Source of the DNA: Candidatus Hydrothermarchaeales archaeon
Lineage (GTDB): Archaea; Hydrothermarchaeota; Hydrothermarchaeia; Hydrothermarchaeales; JAZGAD01
Direction: 5' to 3'
NCBI GenBank assembly: GCA_036444275.1
Contig: JAZGAD010000057.1
Span: 1-22,116 of the forward strand
DNA length: 22,116 nt
Below, in pieces: positions 17,429 to 22,116 of the stretch (positions within the stretch are counted from its first letter, which is position 1; the number at the start of each line of letters is the position of its first letter). Made by a program: the position numbers and the translations under genes. The notes beneath the pieces are model-generated. The model ran no database searches. It was given only the letters and a program-made list of their open reading frames with translations, and was not told where the DNA came from.

Positions 17429-19087
17429 ATGGCAGCCCAGATGAGTGGTCAACCTATATATATATTATCAGAGGGAAGTCAGCGCTATCTCGGGAGAGAC
17501 GCTAGGAGGATGAATATATTGGCGTCTCGCGTAATAGCTGAAGCGGTTAAGAGCACATTGGGACCGAAGGGTATGGATAAGATGCTTGTGGATAGCACTG
17601 GTGAGATAGTAATCACTAACGATGGTGCAGCAATCTTGAAGAAAGTCGACGTAAAGCATCCTGCAGCGAAGATGATTGTCGAGATAGCTAAAACCCAGGA
17701 AAAGGAAGTAGGAGACGGAACTACAACCGCAGTCGTGCTGGCCGGCGAACTATTGAAGCGTGCTGAAGAGCTCTTGGAGCAGGAGGTGCACGCTGCAAGT
17801 ATAGCCAAGGGATACAGGCTGGCAAAAGAGGAGACCATAAGGATCCTGGAAGACCTGAGTAAGAAGGTGAAGGGCACCGAGGATGAGCTGAAGAAGGTCG
17901 CCATGACCAGCTTAAGTTCCAAGGCCTCTGGCACACTCGCAAGGGAGCACATCGCTGCCTTGGCCACAACTAGTGTAAAGCGGATAGCAGAGAAACGTGA
18001 TGGGAAGTTTACGATAGACAAGGACAACATAAAGATCCAGAAGCAGGTGGGCGAGTCCACTAGCGAATCAAGACTCATAGAAGGCATAGTCCTCGACAAA
18101 GAGCGGGCTCACACTGGAATGCCCAAGGTAGTAACAAATGCTAGGATAGCTCTCTCAAAAGTCGAGATAAAGATAAAGAAGACCGAGACCGATGCAAAGC
18201 TCGATATCAGTTCTCCAGAGCAACTTCAGTCCTTCATGAAAGAGGAGGAAGAAACCCTGAAGGAGATGGCCATGAAAATAAAGAAGAGCGGCGCCAACGT
18301 GCTATTCTGCCAGAAGGACCTAGACGACATAGCTCTGTACACCCTGTCCAAAGAAGGAATCCTAGTTGTGAAGAGCGTTGCCGAGAAGGATATAAAACTG
18401 ATTGCAAAGGCAACAGGTGCGAGTATAATCACCAGCCTCGAGGATATCAATGCAGGGGATCTAGGCAACGCCAAGCGTGTGGAAGAAAAAAAGATAGGGG
18501 GCAAGGAATTCATCTTCATAGAAGGCTGCTCGAAACCCAAGGCGGTTACCATATTCTTGAGGGGTGGAAGCGAACACGTCCTAGACGGGGTGGAGCGCAG
18601 CTTAGATGACGCAATCAGTGTTGTACGCAATGTTCTGGAGGACTCATCTGTATTACCCGGTGGAGGCGCTTCTGAAGCCGAAGTCGCTAGACAACTGCGA
18701 AAGTTTTCCACCAAGGTAAGCGGACGAGAGCAGTTGGCACTATTAGAATTCGCTAACGCCCTAGAGGTAGTACCTAGAACACTGGCAGAGAATGGCGGTT
18801 TAGACCCTATCGATGCTATGATTGGACTTCGCACCCAGCATGAAAAAGGCAACGTCAACTATGGCATAGACCTAGCCAGTGGAAAGCCAAGAGACATGTA
18901 CAAGCTGGGCATCGTGGATTCCCTTAGAGTAGTACAACAGGCTGTGAAATCAGCTACCGAGGTAGCGAATATGGTCCTACGCATAGACGACGTCATAGCA
19001 GCCAAGGGAGCGCTAGGTGGGGGAGAAGAAACTCCTTCAATGCCGCCTGGTGGGATGGAAGGAATGGGAGGAATGGGAGGAATGTAG
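17429..19087 (+). CDS. ths: Thermosome subunit (group II chaperonin)
   Basis: 'STLGPKGMDKML', 'GDGTTT', 'LRIDDVIA' and a GGM-rich tail. Confidence 0.98.
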   Translation: MAAQMSGQPIYILSEGSQRYLGRDARRMNILASRVIAEAVKSTLGPKGMDKMLVDSTGEIVITNDGAAILKKVDVKHPAAKMIVEIAKTQEKEVGDGTTTAVVLAGELLKRAEELLEQEVHAASIAKGYRLAKEETIRILEDLSKKVKGTEDELKKVAMTSLSSKASGTLAREHIAALATTSVKRIAEKRDGKFTIDKDNIKIQKQVGESTSESRLIEGIVLDKERAHTGMPKVVTNARIALSKVEIKIKKTETDAKLDISSPEQLQSFMKEEEETLKEMAMKIKKSGANVLFCQKDLDDIALYTLSKEGILVVKSVAEKDIKLIAKATGASIITSLEDINAGDLGNAKRVEEKKIGGKEFIFIEGCSKPKAVTIFLRGGSEHVLDGVERSLDDAISVVRNVLEDSSVLPGGGASEAEVARQLRKFSTKVSGREQLALLEFANALEVVPRTLAENGGLDPIDAMIGLRTQHEKGNVNYGIDLASGKPRDMYKLGIVDSLRVVQQAVKSATEVANMVLRIDDVIAAKGALGGGEETPSMPPGGMEGMGGMGGM

Positions 19088-19161
19088 TAGACTTCGAATG
19101 TCGTTTAGCGCGCTGGAGTTAGCTAGAAAGTCTTATATTGCGTAGAGCCGAGGGATTAACT

Positions 19162-20112
19162 ATGAGGCTCTTGTTTTTCCTCCTCGTTTTGTTTTTGACT
19201 ATGGGAAGCTTGGGTTCACAGTACGATGTGATAATTGTAAGGAGCGATGTTCCTGCTGACTGGATAATCGCCCAGGCATATTCCCATAAATCCGGAATAC
19301 TTATAGTCGCGACTTCCCCAACGCATTTGGATTCCACAGTGAAGACACAACTCTCGGGCTACCGTAACTTCGGCTTCGAGGACGTGATCATAATAGGCGG
19401 GGAGAATGCGATATCGCGAGAGGTGCAGCAGGAGCTAGATGACATGGGCTTCGTCACCCATCGAATAAGCGAGGCCAACCGCCATGGTACCTCGGCTACA
19501 ATGGCTATCAAGCTATTCCCAGATTCTAAGACCGCTATCTTGGTGAATGGAGAAGCACTGGAAGCTCTCCTTGTCGCCGGGAGGCTAGCATCAAGCACAG
19601 GCGACCCTGTCCTCTTCGTGAAGCGGGATAGCATACCGCCTAGCGTCTCAGCCGCTCTCAAAACTATAGGAGCAGAAAAGATCCTACTCGTGGACTACGA
19701 GTTATCAGACGAGATGAAGCGTTCTCTTGCCTCCCAAGGCTATGACATCGAAGTCATAAAGAGTATCGAGGGTTTTGAGGTTAAGCGTGACATGCCAACC
19801 GAATATGCATATTTAATTCTGGGCATCGCCCTGGGTGTCTTCGCCCTATTCACCACTTTGAGGCTGAGGAGACTTAAGGAGAGGGTGCCATATACCCTCC
19901 TAACAGGAGATGAAGAGAAAATAGTAAAAGTGATTCTAGAGAACAGTGGGGAGATAACCCAAGACCAGCTCCCAGAAAAGACCTCTTTCTCAAGGCCCAA
20001 GATCAGCAGGGTGATATCAGAGTTAGTGGGGCGGGATATACTATCTAAGGAGCCCCATGGTAGAACCCAGAAATTAGTGGTTAAGAAGGAATTCTATGAA
20101 AAAAAGAAATAA
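19162..20112 (+). CDS. Membrane-spanning protein: signal peptide, cell-wall-binding repeat 2 (CWB2)-like domain, TM helix, C-terminal wHTH
   Basis: 'VIIIGGENAIS', 'RISEANRHGTS' and 'PVLFVKRDSIP' are CWB2-like. A TM helix follows, then 'GEITQDQLPEKTSFSRPKISRVISELVGRDIL'. Start taken at ATG 19162. Confidence 0.8.
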   Translation: MRLLFFLLVLFLTMGSLGSQYDVIIVRSDVPADWIIAQAYSHKSGILIVATSPTHLDSTVKTQLSGYRNFGFEDVIIIGGENAISREVQQELDDMGFVTHRISEANRHGTSATMAIKLFPDSKTAILVNGEALEALLVAGRLASSTGDPVLFVKRDSIPPSVSAALKTIGAEKILLVDYELSDEMKRSLASQGYDIEVIKSIEGFEVKRDMPTEYAYLILGIALGVFALFTTLRLRRLKERVPYTLLTGDEEKIVKVILENSGEITQDQLPEKTSFSRPKISRVISELVGRDILSKEPHGRTQKLVVKKEFYEKKK

Positions 20113-20308
20113 TATCCACCTTTTTTGATTCTGGACTCTTTTCACCCATAGTTGTAATAACTATTCTTATTCCTATCCTTAGGAAAGGTAGGGAATGGTT
20201 ACAGCCCATATTATCTTAAAAAACGGTTGTGGGAGAACACTGCTTATAGTCCCTGAAACGTTTTCATAGGAAAGCTTAAAATAGGCGTCTTTTTCTTAAT
20301 CAGAGAAC

Positions 20309-21637
20309 ATGAATGTCTGGGAGGACCTAAGGAAGAAGATTCTGGATAAATCCTGCAGGATAGGTGTCTTCGGCTTGGGATACGTCGGCTTACCCATGGC
20401 TGCCTTATTCGCAGAGACGGGTTTTTCAGTATTAGGCGTGGATATCAATCCCGATGTTGTGGAGGCGGTAAACACTGGTAGGAGCCCAGTCGCTGAACAG
20501 GGACTGCAAAAGCTCATTGCCAAGGTAGTCGCTGAAGAGCACCTCTCAGCTACGACGGATACGGCAGAAGTGCTCGCCAGAAGCGACGTGATATTTGTGA
20601 TCGTCCAGACCCCAATCGATGAAGACAAAAAGCCGGACTTAGGTGCATTGAGAAAAGCTTGCGCAACAATAGCCAAATGCCCTGCTGGAAAGCTCATCGT
20701 CATAGAAAGCACCCTACCTCCTGGAGCCACAAAGGATGTAATCGTCCCTGCTCTTGAATCCGGTGGATATAACGTTGGAGAGGATTTCTACCTTGCTTAT
20801 TCTCCTGAGAGAGCAATGCCCACGAGGCTTTTACAGGAGATCCAGGAAAACCCCAGGATAATCGGCGGTATAAACCAAGAGAGCTCTCAGCTTGCTGAAT
20901 TATTATACGGAGATATCACCTCCGGCGAGCTTGTCACTAGCGACATAGCTACGGTAGAGATGGTGAAGATTATAGAGAATACCTATCGGGATGTAAACAT
21001 AGCCCTGGCCAATGAGATCGCCCTATTGTGCGAAAAACTCGGTGTTGACGCTGTAGAAGCCATCGAGATCGCCAATAAACACCCCAGAGTACACCTCTTA
21101 TCTCCAGGACCTGGCGTTGGAGGCCACTGCATCCCGAAAGACCCGTATTTCGCCTTAGACAGTGCTCGGAAACATGGGCTTGAGTTGAAGGTGATAAGTT
21201 CTGCTAGGAGGGTAAACGAGGATATGCCTAAGCACATGCTCAGGATGATAGAGAAGGCTCTGGGAAGTGCTGGGAAGAAGCTAGAGAATTCTAAGATAGC
21301 CATTCTTGGAGTAACGTATAAGGGTAATACCAATGATATCAGGGGGTCTCCATCGAAGGATATAATCAAGGCGTTACTACCTCTCTCAGAAGTGTTCTCC
21401 CATGACCCCCTTGCGTCTCAGGATTTTGGTGGAAAATTCTCTAACAACATGGATGACGCTGTGAAAGACGCCGACTGTGTTGTTGTGGTAGCAGACCACG
21501 CGGAGTATATGAATTTAGACCTCGACAAGCTTTCCAAACTAGTGAAGAAGCCAGGTGTGATCGTGGACGGGAGACGTATATTAGATCCTGGTTACGCAAG
21601 GGAAAAAGGATTTACTTATTTTGGAGTCGGATATTAG
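20309..21637 (+). CDS. wecC: UDP-N-acetyl-D-mannosamine/glucosamine dehydrogenase (nucleotide-sugar dehydrogenase)
   Basis: 'GLGYVG', 'ESTLPPG', 'YSPER', 'KIIENTYRDVNIA', 'PGPGVGGHCIP'. Confidence 0.9.
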   Translation: MNVWEDLRKKILDKSCRIGVFGLGYVGLPMAALFAETGFSVLGVDINPDVVEAVNTGRSPVAEQGLQKLIAKVVAEEHLSATTDTAEVLARSDVIFVIVQTPIDEDKKPDLGALRKACATIAKCPAGKLIVIESTLPPGATKDVIVPALESGGYNVGEDFYLAYSPERAMPTRLLQEIQENPRIIGGINQESSQLAELLYGDITSGELVTSDIATVEMVKIIENTYRDVNIALANEIALLCEKLGVDAVEAIEIANKHPRVHLLSPGPGVGGHCIPKDPYFALDSARKHGLELKVISSARRVNEDMPKHMLRMIEKALGSAGKKLENSKIAILGVTYKGNTNDIRGSPSKDIIKALLPLSEVFSHDPLASQDFGGKFSNNMDDAVKDADCVVVVADHAEYMNLDLDKLSKLVKKPGVIVDGRRILDPGYAREKGFTYFGVGY

Positions 21638-21747
21638 CTGGCGACTTATATCAAGTGCCCATGGATGAGCAAGTGCAAACTCACAAGAAGGACATCTTCT
21701 GACAGCACAGCTATTTTTATCTCCCATGAATTCTAATCATAATCCCA

Positions 21748-22116
21748 ATGAACGTCTTCCTCTTCGAATATGCGACATGCGGAGCCTTCCCCGAGCTCGA
21801 TCCATCAATCACCGTCGAGGGGCTGGGGATGTTCAAGACGCTGCTGGGAGGCTTCAAAGAAGTCACAACCTTCGTTGATAAGAGGATACCCCTGAAGGGC
21901 TACCCAAAGGTGGATAACTACAGGGAGATGTTTTCAAAGTGCCTTGAAAGGGCAGACGCAGCCCTCATAATCGCACCTGAGCGGGAGATGGAATACTATA
22001 ACTTGGTATTGGAGTTGGAGAAAGCTGGATGCGCCAATCTCGGTTCCTCGTCAGAAGCCGTTAGGGATACCACTGACAAATACGTGACCTTCAAGAAATT
22101 AAAAGGCGTACGCACA
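21748..22116 (+). CDS. ATP-grasp protein, MfnD (tyramine--L-glutamate ligase)-like, 3'-truncated by the window edge
   Basis: My translation: MNVFLFEYATCG...VEGLGMF...LIIAPE...NLGSSSEAVRDTTDKY. TTTTTAT lies ~30 nt upstream, consistent with a leaderless start. Absent from the ORF track because there is no stop. Confidence 0.75.
   Translation, partial: MNVFLFEYATCGAFPELDPSITVEGLGMFKTLLGGFKEVTTFVDKRIPLKGYPKVDNYREMFSKCLERADAALIIAPEREMEYYNLVLELEKAGCANLGSSSEAVRDTTDKYVTFKKLKGVRT

Noticed and set aside
1-22116. CRISPR array, tRNA or rRNA
   Set aside because: No regularly spaced repeats or cloverleaf/T-loop signatures were seen by eye.

Overview
Archaeal (euryarchaeal-like) chromosomal window. Left (1-8.1 kb): a signalling/chemotaxis block with a PAS-DUF835-HTH protein, a KaiC/RAD55-like ATPase with a degenerate Walker A, an MCP carrying a recent internal duplication, CheW, and a membrane-anchored beta-helix surface protein flanked by what look like remnants of a second chemoreceptor. 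Middle (~8.3-12.9 kb): a compact putative integrated rolling-circle element. It encodes a tyrosine recombinase with a non-canonical catalytic set, a double-AbrB protein, an unannotated 41-aa single-TM peptide with inovirus-coat-like charge layout, an HUH Rep with Zn motifs and small ORFs, and it has hairpin-rich non-coding DNA. No tRNA or convincing att repeat was found. A divergent pair of winged-helix genes follows. Right (13.7-22.1 kb): grpE-dnaK-dnaJ-thermosome with Phr/HSR1-type heat-shock operators, a CWB2-TM-wHTH membrane regulator, a UDP-ManNAc dehydrogenase and a partial MfnD-like ATP-grasp gene. All calls come from reading motifs by eye; no searches were run.
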